A DNA stretch of 64,000 bases from a virus. The DNA is taken from positions 1 through 64,000 of the IMG/VR virus record IMGVR_UViG_3300032294_001352. One strand, written 5' to 3'. Below the pieces are notes generated by a model that saw only the letters and a list, made by a program, of their open reading frames with translations, ran no database searches and was not told where the DNA came from. A program made the translations under genes and the position numbers. Shown here piece after piece: positions 9,772-18,480 of this stretch (position 1 is the first letter of the stretch; each line of letters begins with the position of its first letter).

Positions 9772-10679
9772 CCAAAATCTTTACCTACTTTGGTGGCGAT
9801 CGCCAATTTGATACCGTGGCAAAGAGTCAGGATATTGAGGCCACGCTGCACGCTCGTGGGCTTGGCCACTATATCCAGATGGCAAAGCCACTCACGCAAC
9901 AGCAGGCAGAAACGTATGGGCATACTGCGGCATATGTCAAAGCGTTGATGACTGGGAATCCGTACTATCTTGCGTCTAGCAGTGGTCTTGCGTGGAATGT
10001 GCACTACCGGAACGCAATCTTTGGCATGGCCGGAGCAATGCTTGAAGCCATGCAATACACGCTTGTCACCAACAAGCCATCGTTCGCCCTTGCGGCAGGA
10101 GCGCATCACGCTCGACCAGAGAAAGGCAAAGGCTTTTGCGCGCTCAACTCCGTGGCCATGGCAGCGTTGTACGCAGCGCGATCCACTGGCCGTCAGGTGT
10201 ACGTGCTTGACGTGGATGCACACGCTGGTGGTGGCACCCAAGCATTCATCAACAAAGAGTACAATGAAGACATTCATCATCTTGATTTGATTGTGCATCC
10301 ATTTGATGCGTATGCGCCTGATCGACCACAAGACGCACAGATCACGGTAGATGTGTACAACATGAATCCAGTGGACGCGTATTTCAGTGGCCTTGGTGAG
10401 TTGCTCTCATTTGTAGACACCTGCTATCCAACCATTCCTGGTGACATCTTGATTGTGAATGCTGGATGTGATGTGCATGAGCAATCAGCCATTGGTGGCT
10501 GGGAGGGAATGGATACAGCGATGATCGCGGTTCGTGAGTCATGGATCCGTGAGTGGGCAGCGGAGCGCGGATTACGGATGGTAGGATTGTTGGCCGGTGG
10601 CTATAGTGATGAGCAATTCACGCCACAGCATCTAGCAGACACGCACGTTGCATCTATTGGCACGTTGATGGGATTATAG
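9768..10679 (+). CDS. Histone deacetylase (HDAC/AcuC) family Zn-dependent deacetylase
   Basis: Motifs GAHHA, GFCALN, LDVDAHAGGGTQ, NAGCDVH and LAGGYS in the canonical order. Confidence 0.9.
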   Translation: MTKIFTYFGGDRQFDTVAKSQDIEATLHARGLGHYIQMAKPLTQQQAETYGHTAAYVKALMTGNPYYLASSSGLAWNVHYRNAIFGMAGAMLEAMQYTLVTNKPSFALAAGAHHARPEKGKGFCALNSVAMAALYAARSTGRQVYVLDVDAHAGGGTQAFINKEYNEDIHHLDLIVHPFDAYAPDRPQDAQITVDVYNMNPVDAYFSGLGELLSFVDTCYPTIPGDILIVNAGCDVHEQSAIGGWEGMDTAMIAVRESWIREWAAERGLRMVGLLAGGYSDEQFTPQHLADTHVASIGTLMGL

Positions 10680-10688
10680 GAGAAAAGT

Positions 10689-10889
10689 ATGTTGCATCTC
10701 ACTGCTACGCGTGTGGATGGCCACGGAGTCATCACGTTGACGGAAAAGGATGTGCCCACGTTGCTCTATTGGGTGGTCCGTGCCATGAAAGAGCGCGGAT
10801 GGCTTGGGGCAGCCGTGGTGATCAGGAATGAAGCGCGTGAGATTGTGTTTGATTCCGTCGTTCCGGCCAATCTGCCAAAAGATTCCTAA
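10689..10889 (+). CDS. Hypothetical protein
   Basis: AGGAG RBS. Confidence 0.55.
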   Translation: MLHLTATRVDGHGVITLTEKDVPTLLYWVVRAMKERGWLGAAVVIRNEAREIVFDSVVPANLPKDS

Positions 10890-10898
10890 AATCCCTAC

Positions 10899-10964
10899 TT
10901 GACAAAGCGTCATACATACTATATAATTTGTCATAGGTTGATGATTCAGTAAGGAGCACCGCTT
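10899..10964 (+). promoter_or_regulatory. Repeated phage promoter/leader
   Basis: TTGACA..TATAAT..AGGTTGA..AAGGAG. Confidence 0.75.
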
Positions 10965-11438
10965 ATGACTACCACTTCAGTTGCTATGACGCTTGACCAA
11001 CTCAAAGACATGCTCGCCGAGTATGAGGCCAAAGTGGCGCGTAACGTGAGCAATCCGCTCATTCCTCACGGCTTCTGGTCTGACGTGGTGGCCGATCTCC
11101 GCGATCTCATCGCCAACGGTGGTGTGGTGGTTGAAGAGGCCTTGTTCACGCTTGACGGCCAGCATGTGGCCAACGCTGTGGTGCGTGAGCGTCAGAGCGA
11201 GTTTGGCCTCCGCAACACCACCTACAAGCAGTGGACATGGCAGGATGCTGATGGTGGCTACAATCGCGTGCCATACGCGCCAAAGCGTCGTTCCACGTTG
11301 GCCAACAAAGGCTACACTGAGGGTGAAATCACCTACGCTGTCACCGTGGAAGTGTGGGAAAACTACCACGGTATGCAGTTGGACATCAAGAAAGTCCATG
11401 AGATCAGCCGGATTACCGACATCTGGGAGGTGGAATAA
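10965..11438 (+). CDS. Hypothetical early protein
   Basis: RBS and promoter upstream. Confidence 0.7.
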   Translation: MTTTSVAMTLDQLKDMLAEYEAKVARNVSNPLIPHGFWSDVVADLRDLIANGGVVVEEALFTLDGQHVANAVVRERQSEFGLRNTTYKQWTWQDADGGYNRVPYAPKRRSTLANKGYTEGEITYAVTVEVWENYHGMQLDIKKVHEISRITDIWEVE

Positions 11439-11716
11439 TGAGCACGTCAGAAGTCAATTACACGTTGTCATTTAACGTCAAGCCATTGGAAGATGGCAAA
11501 GTAGAGATTACCATGACCAAGCGTGAGTATCAGTATCTGGATACGAAGCAGCCAGCCGGTTGGCTGACGGATAATCCGGATTGGAGCGTAGTGATTACTG
11601 AGAAAGTGATTGTCACGCCACGCGCCTACGGTGGTGCATCATTCAACGTGCATATCACTGAGGAAATGAACGGATTTGAGTTTATTGGCGTGCAGGCCAA
11701 GTTGGCCAAGAAATAG
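11438..11716 (+). CDS. Hypothetical protein
   Basis: TAATG coupling; GGAGG RBS. Confidence 0.65.
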   Translation: MSTSEVNYTLSFNVKPLEDGKVEITMTKREYQYLDTKQPAGWLTDNPDWSVVITEKVIVTPRAYGGASFNVHITEEMNGFEFIGVQAKLAKK

Positions 11717-11727
11717 GAGCAACGCAT

Positions 11728-12024
11728 ATGGGAATGAAGACGTATTTTTTGGAGTTGGTCATGCCTGGTCATCAGTTGGATGGCCAACGCACCGTGGTCC
11801 ATGCGTGGCACGATCAAGGCGCGGTTGAGAAAGCCTACAAGAGCATCACTGGCGAGAACAACATCACTGGTTGGCCAACGTGGGATTCTCAGACCAAGTG
11901 GGCAATCATGGATAAGCAGGAGCAATCACTGGATCATCCAGTAGCACACGTCAACATTCTCTATAAGCATCACACCAAGATGAGTGATGCAGCGTGGGGA
12001 AAGAAACTAATGAGTCTTCCCTGA
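11728..12024 (+). CDS. Hypothetical protein
   Basis: AGGAG RBS. Confidence 0.6.
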   Translation: MGMKTYFLELVMPGHQLDGQRTVVHAWHDQGAVEKAYKSITGENNITGWPTWDSQTKWAIMDKQEQSLDHPVAHVNILYKHHTKMSDAAWGKKLMSLP

Positions 12025-12052
12025 TCTGCTCTTTTTTTGCTCAAATTGAGTA

Positions 12053-12117
12053 TTGCAAAGTGTATAATTTTGTGATAGAATATCTCTAGGTTGAAGTGAT
12101 AGCAAGGAGCGTAGCCT
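12053..12117 (+). promoter_or_regulatory. Repeated phage promoter/leader
   Basis: TTGCAA..TGATAGAAT..AGGTTGA..AAGGAG. Confidence 0.75.
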
Positions 12118-12474
12118 ATGAACAACAATGTCATCGCCGGAATCATCATGACCAGCCACGGCCCAGTATTGAGTGAGAACCGCGCGGTTGCTCACGAGGC
12201 AGCCGTATTTGTCGGCTTCAGCGATCGCGACATCTTGACCATGTTGGATGTGGTCAACGATGCGTTCCCAATGGAGTTTGAGCACGCCACCGGTGAAATG
12301 GTGCCATCATTGGCCCAGGAACTGGTACTCCACACGGAGCGTGACACCATGGATGATGCGCTGGTCATGTTCCCAAACACCAACTGGATCATCATCAAAG
12401 GCCAGGGTGCCCATCATGTCAACAATCCATTTGCTGTGCAACCAGCATGGGTGATGGCACTGGGGGCCAAATAA
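12118..12474 (+). CDS. Hypothetical early protein
   Basis: RBS and promoter upstream. Confidence 0.65.
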   Translation: MNNNVIAGIIMTSHGPVLSENRAVAHEAAVFVGFSDRDILTMLDVVNDAFPMEFEHATGEMVPSLAQELVLHTERDTMDDALVMFPNTNWIIIKGQGAHHVNNPFAVQPAWVMALGAK

Positions 12475-12761
12475 TGAGCACGCTGAGCACTGCTACCGTC
12501 ATCGTGGTGCGTTATGGCATTCCTCATGTGCAATACGTGGGGATGCCAACGCCACCACCCACGCAGATCAACATGAATGGCCAACGCGCCTACGCTCTGG
12601 AAGCGTTTAAGCAGTTGTATCCAGATGCAGACGCACGCTGCGATTACCACGTTAATGGCGCATGGGAAATTATCTCCAACACGCTTCCGGTGAATGTGTT
12701 GGGTGTGGTGCTTCTTGAATCTGCTGAGCGTGCGAGCATGGTAGAAATGGAGTTGAAATAA
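12474..12761 (+). CDS. Hypothetical protein, paralog of 13042-13368
   Basis: G.P.VQ.V.MPTPPP...GQR.Y.L.A...LYP...C.YH...GAWEIIS shared with 13042-13368. Confidence 0.7.
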   Translation: MSTLSTATVIVVRYGIPHVQYVGMPTPPPTQINMNGQRAYALEAFKQLYPDADARCDYHVNGAWEIISNTLPVNVLGVVLLESAERASMVEMELK

Positions 12762-13045
12762 TGATTGAAGTGCTTGTGACATCCAAAGTTGATAACTATT
12801 ACTTGACGGTTGAACTAGATAGCACGTATCCAGCATCAGGATATACGTACTCAGTATGGATTTTCCACCATGATACAAGGCACATTTGGGCTGGTATTCA
12901 TACGTTTGAGCAGATCCCTACGCGCACGCAGTTGCATCAGTTGGCCACAATCTCACTGAAACATTTGCAAGCAAAACTGACAATGCTCATTGACTTCATG
13001 CCAATCGCCACGATGATTCCAGATGATTCACCGGAGGCAAAGTGA
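12761..13045 (+). CDS. Hypothetical protein
   Basis: Coupled ORF within the operon. Confidence 0.6.
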   Translation: MIEVLVTSKVDNYYLTVELDSTYPASGYTYSVWIFHHDTRHIWAGIHTFEQIPTRTQLHQLATISLKHLQAKLTMLIDFMPIATMIPDDSPEAK

Positions 13046-13368
13046 TGCGTAAAGAACGGATTGTCACTATCATCACGGTAAAAAATGGGCATCCTTACGT
13101 GCAGTTTGTGTACATGCCCACGCCACCACCTCACTTTACCGATGTGCGTGGCCAGCGAGAATATCCGCTCAGCGCATACCTGCTGCTATATCCGCACATG
13201 GATGGGCATGTGCAGTGCAACTATCATAGCCGAGCAAGTGGCGCATGGGAAATCATTAGCGAGGTGGGTGTGGTTGCCTATGCAATCTTTGACGTTGATA
13301 CGAGAGTGTGCGTTCATAATCCAAATCAGCCATTATGTGACATATGTCTGGATATGTATCATGAGTGA
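13042..13368 (+). CDS. Hypothetical protein, paralog of 12474-12761
   Basis: Shared MPTPPP and GAWEIIS motifs. Confidence 0.7.
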   Translation: MMRKERIVTIITVKNGHPYVQFVYMPTPPPHFTDVRGQREYPLSAYLLLYPHMDGHVQCNYHSRASGAWEIISEVGVVAYAIFDVDTRVCVHNPNQPLCDICLDMYHE

Positions 13369-13825
13369 TCCATGGACCAATCCAGCACGCTTGTGGCAGC
13401 CGATCAATGAGTTGGTTGGCCACACGCTCACCACTATCATCATTCACCAAGGCAAAAGCCGTGCGTTGTTTTACCGTGCTGATGGCAGCATCATTCATGT
13501 GCATCCCACACGGCCGTGCCAAATCAACTTTAGCCGGTGTCGGAAGTCCATTGAGTTCCGTGAGGCGCATGGTGATTTTACTGCGCTCATTGGCCAACCA
13601 CTGGCGATCGCAGAGTTTAGCACAGACATCAGTGCCCATGATATGCCAGTGTACAAAGTAATCCGTGCAAACACGTACTTCCGGTTTAGCATTGGTCCAG
13701 TACCACAGACGCGCCTATGGTTCACTACCTATGTGGAAGACAAGTATCCTAAGCAAATCCCACTCTGCTGGGATTGCCCACGCACCAACGGAATCACCGT
13801 AAGTGTAGAAAGAGAGGCCAAATAA
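13361..13825 (+). CDS. Hypothetical protein
   Basis: Overlapping start at MSDPW; GDFTALIGQPLAIAE segment. Confidence 0.55.
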   Translation: MSDPWTNPARLWQPINELVGHTLTTIIIHQGKSRALFYRADGSIIHVHPTRPCQINFSRCRKSIEFREAHGDFTALIGQPLAIAEFSTDISAHDMPVYKVIRANTYFRFSIGPVPQTRLWFTTYVEDKYPKQIPLCWDCPRTNGITVSVEREAK

Positions 13826-14049
13826 TGAGCGGACGCGGAGGATTTAGCCGGAATGGCAAAGAGATGGCACGCTGGTCAGAGCGTGAGGAAAACACTCTGA
13901 AAGCCATGTACCTGAATGGCTTCCCATGGAACGACATTGCAGAGGCCATTGGGCGCAACAAGGCAGCGTGTATGCAGAAGTTGAATCAGTGCGCTGGTAT
14001 TTGGGGAATCCGTCGACGGCCACGCCGATCGCAGAAGCCACGCGCCTAA
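13825..14049 (+). CDS. Small Myb/HTH-like DNA-binding protein
   Basis: WSEREENTLKAMY..G..W.DIAEAIGRNKAAC. Confidence 0.6.
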   Translation: MSGRGGFSRNGKEMARWSEREENTLKAMYLNGFPWNDIAEAIGRNKAACMQKLNQCAGIWGIRRRPRRSQKPRA

Positions 14050-14093
14050 CGTGTGGTATACTGGTGTCACCGTTTCGAAGACGGACATCTGGA

Positions 14094-14148
14094 CCAAATC
14101 CCTCAGCGTGTACGTGGCAGATAGCACGACTGGGGGATTGGTTTTTTT
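14094..14148 (+). terminator. Probable terminator
   Basis: CCAAATCCCTCAG...CTGGGGGATTGG followed by a T run. Confidence 0.55.
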
Positions 14149-14243
14149 GTACGTTGTTCTCATATGTGAACTATATAAGATGACATGGTTTGTAGGTATC
14201 ATGCAAAATATTGATTTTTGATGGATTGTATGAGCGTAGGTGA

Positions 14244-14483
14244 GTGATGCATATATTTTCTGTGGCCATCCGTGCTGGTGAGATGCCATTTGACGTGGTG
14301 TTTGAGGATAACGGTGTATCGGTGAGTGTGCGTTTGTGCCAGGTAGGTGGATCAGTGTGGCTAGGTGTGTGGCCAACTGCGACTGCCGCATTTTTTGGCA
14401 CGCAGGCAATCCTCTCACAACTCGGTGAAATCCGTCTTGCGCTCCCAGACCAGCCGTTGACGTGGCAGCATGTAGAATCCTAG
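14244..14483 (+). CDS. Hypothetical protein
   Basis: Short ORF with AGGTG RBS. Confidence 0.45.
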   Translation: MMHIFSVAIRAGEMPFDVVFEDNGVSVSVRLCQVGGSVWLGVWPTATAAFFGTQAILSQLGEIRLALPDQPLTWQHVES

Positions 14484-14779
14484 GCCATCCGTTGCTCCGT
14501 GTGTCTGCACTGCCGCATTTCTGTGTCCACGGCCGACCATTTGCGTAACGCCACGAAAATGGTCATGCACCACGATCAATTCCGTGACGTGCTGAAATTG
14601 AGCGGAGCGTGTTCTGCCGCATTTCTGTGGGGCAAAGCGCACACATTATATACCAGTGAAAAAGACGCGCCAACACAGAGGGGATTGAAAAGGCGCAAAA
14701 AAGTGCGTCTGGTAATTTTCTGGGAAACAAAAGTATTTTGAAAAACAAAAGGCACTATCCAAAACAGGATAATGCCAAA

Positions 14780-14810
14780 TGTGGATAAAATGTGGATAAC
14801 TTGTGGATAA
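14780..14810 (-). promoter_or_regulatory. Three tandem perfect DnaA boxes (TTATCCACA)
   Basis: TGTGGATAA at 14780, 14791 and 14802 (11-bp period) in a probable non-coding gap. Confidence 0.8.
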
Positions 14811-14811
14811 A

Positions 14812-15054
14812 TCAGGAAAAAGTGGATTCATTGATGCCATTCAGCCAAAAAAGGATGGCCTCGGTTTCAATGATGGCTTGGTGGATGGATATGCGTGCCT
14901 GAGCGTCGCGCGTGGTGGCCAACTCCTGCGAGAGTGTCAGCAGATGGCGATCCACGCGCGTGTAGATAACAGGAATGACGTGCCTACATGGCTGCCCAAA
15001 GATGTCAATGGTTGGCTTGGTGTCAAGCCAGGTGGATGGGATGAGTGCAGTCAT
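14812..15054 (-). CDS. Hypothetical protein
   Basis: TAATG-coupled to the upstream small gene (MTALIPSTW...). Confidence 0.5.
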   Translation of the reverse strand: MTALIPSTWLDTKPTIDIFGQPCRHVIPVIYTRVDRHLLTLSQELATTRDAQARISIHQAIIETEAILFWLNGINESTFS

Positions 15055-15158
15055 TACCATTCTCCTTTGAGTTTGGCAATGATACCGACGACAATCATCC
15101 AACCGAACGTGACAAACAAGACAATGAGAAAGTCACCCATTGCGGAATCCCAGTTCAT
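15054..15158 (-). CDS. 34-aa single-pass membrane peptide
   Basis: MNWDSAMGDFLIVLFVTFGWMIVVGIIAKLKGEW directly behind the repeated promoter (15179-15221) and an AAGGAG RBS. Confidence 0.6.
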   Translation of the reverse strand: MNWDSAMGDFLIVLFVTFGWMIVVGIIAKLKGEW

Positions 15159-15249
15159 AGCGTGCTCCTTACTAATCATCAACCTACGATAGAGTGTAGC
15201 ACACAATATATAGTTTGTCAATGTGCTATACTGTATGCATGATGAATGA

Positions 15250-15900
15250 ATGGAGGATGACATGGGATTACTGTTGGCAAATCTCCCACCGAAGCAGGTG
15301 CTGGTCCGTCGTGAGTTCCTGATGGATTTCGCTGAGGGTGATGGGGAATACGTAGAGGGCTACTGGATTGCAGTGAAGAGCGTACCTGGTCGTGCATTGT
15401 ACTTCGAGACATATCTGCCTGCCTATGGGGCTGTATACGATAAGTTGCCATTACATGCGTTTGTTACAATGATTCACGCCGATCCTGCGCCAATGCTATC
15501 AGATGTGCAGTATTGGGATGCAATGGATTACGGAGTGACGGTGATAGAGAAAACATTCTTAAAGAACACGGTAGCAGAAGTGCGCCCACCAAATAATGAC
15601 ACGGTGCGTGGGCAATACTGGTTTACGATAGACTTCTATTCCCCAACTGACACCATGGTAGATTCCCAGTGGGCGCATGTACCAAGCGAGCATAAGGCCG
15701 TGAATATCATTGCATTAGATAACGGCCTCATTGTGGGCTATCCTAATAATCGATGTCGGTTCTTTGATGGATCGCTGAGTGGCCAACAGGTAGGCGCGCC
15801 ACGCTTGAAAGCCAGCACGCGCGTCTGGTCCGCTGATGCTGAGCGATCTCGGTACTCACGGTATGGTGATACGGATACATGGGAATACACCAAGGAGTAA
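15250..15900 (+). CDS. Conserved phage hypothetical protein
   Basis: LANLPP..VRREFL...VKSVPGRALYFETYL..YGAVYDKLP; family recognised from memory only. Confidence 0.6.
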   Translation: MEDDMGLLLANLPPKQVLVRREFLMDFAEGDGEYVEGYWIAVKSVPGRALYFETYLPAYGAVYDKLPLHAFVTMIHADPAPMLSDVQYWDAMDYGVTVIEKTFLKNTVAEVRPPNNDTVRGQYWFTIDFYSPTDTMVDSQWAHVPSEHKAVNIIALDNGLIVGYPNNRCRFFDGSLSGQQVGAPRLKASTRVWSADAERSRYSRYGDTDTWEYTKE

Positions 15901-15904
15901 TGTG

Positions 15905-16708
15905 ATGCGTGTCTTTAGTTTCGGTGGTGGCGTGCAAAGCATGGCCGTCTTAGTACTCTCTGCCCAAAGCGTGCTGCCTTATACGCATTTCGTGTTGGCC
16001 AATGTCGGTGATGATAGTGAGAATCCGGCCACGCTTGACTATGTGCGCCATATTGCAATGCCTTACGCAGATGCACACGGCCTTCAAGTGGTAGAGATTA
16101 AGCGCCCACGAAAGCCAGAGCAAGACCAAACGTTGTTTGAGGATGCATGGAATGAGAATGGAAACATTCCGATCCCAGTGTATATGACCAATAGCGGGCC
16201 TGGTTCACGCAACTGCACATCTGTATGGAAGATTAAAGTGATTGAGCGCTGGATGCGTGACAACGCTGGTGCAACCAAGAAGAATCGCGTACCGTTAGGT
16301 GTGGGGATTAGTGTGGATGAATCGCACCGAATGCGTACTGATGATCCGGAGCGTGAACCCTATCTCTATAAAGAATATCCACTGATTGACTTGATGATGA
16401 CACGCAACAAGTGTCAAGACGCAATCATCAAAGCAGGTTTGCCGCTCGCTCCCAAGTCATCCTGCTGGTTCTGTCCATACAAGCGAAAAGCCGAGTGGTC
16501 CAAGATGCGTGCTGAGCAGCCGGATTTATGGAGTAAGGCCGTAGAGTTAGAGCAGCGAATCGTGGCCAAACGTGTACGTGCTGGCAAAGATCCGGCCTAT
16601 CTCACGGCCTACAACAAACCACTTGAAGACATTATCCCACTCATATCCGTCAACATGTTTGATGATGACGATCCGATGGCGTGCGAGTCAGGCTACTGCA
16701 TGACGTGA
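15905..16708 (+). CDS. PAPS reductase-like (adenine nucleotide alpha hydrolase) protein
   Basis: SFGGGVQS PP-loop, CT..WK, GISVDE, YPL, KSSCWFCPY, C-terminal CESGYC. Confidence 0.8.
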   Translation: MRVFSFGGGVQSMAVLVLSAQSVLPYTHFVLANVGDDSENPATLDYVRHIAMPYADAHGLQVVEIKRPRKPEQDQTLFEDAWNENGNIPIPVYMTNSGPGSRNCTSVWKIKVIERWMRDNAGATKKNRVPLGVGISVDESHRMRTDDPEREPYLYKEYPLIDLMMTRNKCQDAIIKAGLPLAPKSSCWFCPYKRKAEWSKMRAEQPDLWSKAVELEQRIVAKRVRAGKDPAYLTAYNKPLEDIIPLISVNMFDDDDPMACESGYCMT

Positions 16709-16716
16709 TAACCAGA

Positions 16717-17349
16717 CTACGGAGCATTGAGTGTGCGCTCATACGTTGCCTTAGCGCGTTCTAAATCTTGCCGCAGTCGATACACTTTGTATTGATCTCG
16801 TGGTGATGGTACGCCAATCGGTGGGCGCATCAACCGATCAATCTGTTGCTCTAACCTACCAATCTTTTCTGATAGGTTCTGCAACTTCGTTTCTTTTGAT
16901 GTACTTGTAGCAGATGCACGTTGCGTTTGACGCGGTTTTGGCTGCTCAGTAGGTGCTGGCGTGGCCGGTGTTGATGTTTCCGCACGTTCTGTTGGTTCAT
17001 ATTGATAACGTTGAATGTTTTGTCTAGACCATTGATCCATTGCGTCTGATACAACGTTCCAGTTGACTGTTCCATTGACGTTTCGGCTATTAGGAATTGT
17101 GACTAATCCCTCATCTGACATTGTTGTACCGGTACCTTCAACTTCCCATGCGTACAAATCAGGATCAGCAGAATTATTAGCAGTCTGAACAAGTAACTGT
17201 GTGCGATCAGGAAATCTGCGAATAATGCTGTCACCAGAATCATCAAATGGCTTCCAATTTGCATTCATATTCATTGTGTTGGTTGCCGCATTAGTGGGTG
17301 CTTCCGGTGATACTGCACCTGATCCTGCTTTCTTTCGATTACGGCCCAT
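16717..17349 (-). CDS. MGRNR-tagged protein 6
   Basis: MGRNRKKAGSGAV after a GAGGTG RBS; N-domain resembles protein 4 (W..F/I.D..D....PD.T.L). Confidence 0.75.
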   Translation of the reverse strand: MGRNRKKAGSGAVSPEAPTNAATNTMNMNANWKPFDDSGDSIIRRFPDRTQLLVQTANNSADPDLYAWEVEGTGTTMSDEGLVTIPNSRNVNGTVNWNVVSDAMDQWSRQNIQRYQYEPTERAETSTPATPAPTEQPKPRQTQRASATSTSKETKLQNLSEKIGRLEQQIDRLMRPPIGVPSPRDQYKVYRLRQDLERAKATYERTLNAP

Positions 17350-17425
17350 GATTTGCACCTCTTATAGACACTTGTTGGCCATCTATCACTACAATAGCAT
17401 GGCCAACAAGTGCAAATCCGTGATA

Positions 17426-17623
17426 TTACTGGCGCTTCTTTTGCTCGCTCACGTCAATCCACGCTTGCCGCAGTGCCTTGTCATCAATCTCATCAAGCAG
17501 CCACCGATCACCCTGAGGCTTTGGCTTCTTGGCCTGACGAAACGCTTCTGCAGCGCGTGCGTCTTTGGCCTTTTGTGCATCTGGTGACAACGGTGCTGGT
17601 GCTTTCAGTGACTTCTTCTTCAT
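17426..17623 (-). CDS. Small basic protein with an L.E.DD..LR..W motif
   Basis: 65 aa; GGAGG RBS; coupled to the upstream ORF. Confidence 0.55.
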   Translation of the reverse strand: MKKKSLKAPAPLSPDAQKAKDARAAEAFRQAKKPKPQGDRWLLDEIDDKALRQAWIDVSEQKKRQ

Positions 17624-18027
17624 ACTTCGCCTCCTATCTTACGCTTCCATTCCTCAATGACTTCCGGCTTTCCTGCCCACACACACCACTTGTTTGGCCA
17701 TATGGTGCATTCATACGATTGTGCCCAGTGTTGGAGCGTGTCCAAGGCCTGGTCTATATGGTCTATTGCGTCACTGTGATCCGTCACGTAGCATCGATAG
17801 TGCTGTGGCAGAATCATGTTGACGTTGGCCACGTACACCCACGCAGTCCGCTTCTGTGCCGCAAGGACCACGTCTTTGGCGTTGAGTCCGTTCCGAAACC
17901 AACTGAGTCGTGGTCGACCAGACATCCGATCCCAGACGTGTGACACGTCAACCACCGGAGTGGGCAGATTTGATGCGTACACGCTCTGCCACAGTGCAAT
18001 GATTTCCGCTTGTGATTTCATGTTCAT
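17620..18027 (-). CDS. Hypothetical protein
   Basis: AAGGGAG RBS. Confidence 0.6.
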   Translation of the reverse strand: MNMKSQAEIIALWQSVYASNLPTPVVDVSHVWDRMSGRPRLSWFRNGLNAKDVVLAAQKRTAWVYVANVNMILPQHYRCYVTDHSDAIDHIDQALDTLQHWAQSYECTIWPNKWCVWAGKPEVIEEWKRKIGGEV

Positions 18028-18064
18028 GTGTGTTTCTCCCTTGCAAAAATACTATACCACTCCA

Positions 18065-18301
18065 CTATGCCAATTCATAGTGGAGTGGTTCATCTACCAG
18101 ACCAACAGACTCATAGTAGCGCGTCATGTCAGCGTCGTACTCTGGCGAAGCCTGCTCAGCCACCCAGCAGTCAACGCAGATGACACTCTTGGAGTCATGC
18201 TCACGGCCACACGTTGAGCAAATCTCCTTGATCCCCAACTCAGTGTCAACCGCTGCCATCTCATCCGCGCTCATCAAGGCCTCAACAAGTACATGGTGCA
18301 T
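18065..18301 (-). CDS. Small Zn-finger-like protein
   Basis: CSTC...CVDC; behind the repeated promoter at 18323-18365. Confidence 0.6.
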   Translation of the reverse strand: MHHVLVEALMSADEMAAVDTELGIKEICSTCGREHDSKSVICVDCWVAEQASPEYDADMTRYYESVGLVDEPLHYELA

Positions 18302-18480
18302 AGGCAATCCCCTTTCATCACTTCAACCTGTGCGTATTCTAGCACAAAACTATATACTTTGTCAAACACAATATTATTTTGTCAATATTGTATGATGTTT
18401 CAATAGTGCAATTTGCATCTGAATCATCATTTCCAAAAATTACTATTGACAAAAATGCTATACTTTGAGTGAATCAATGA

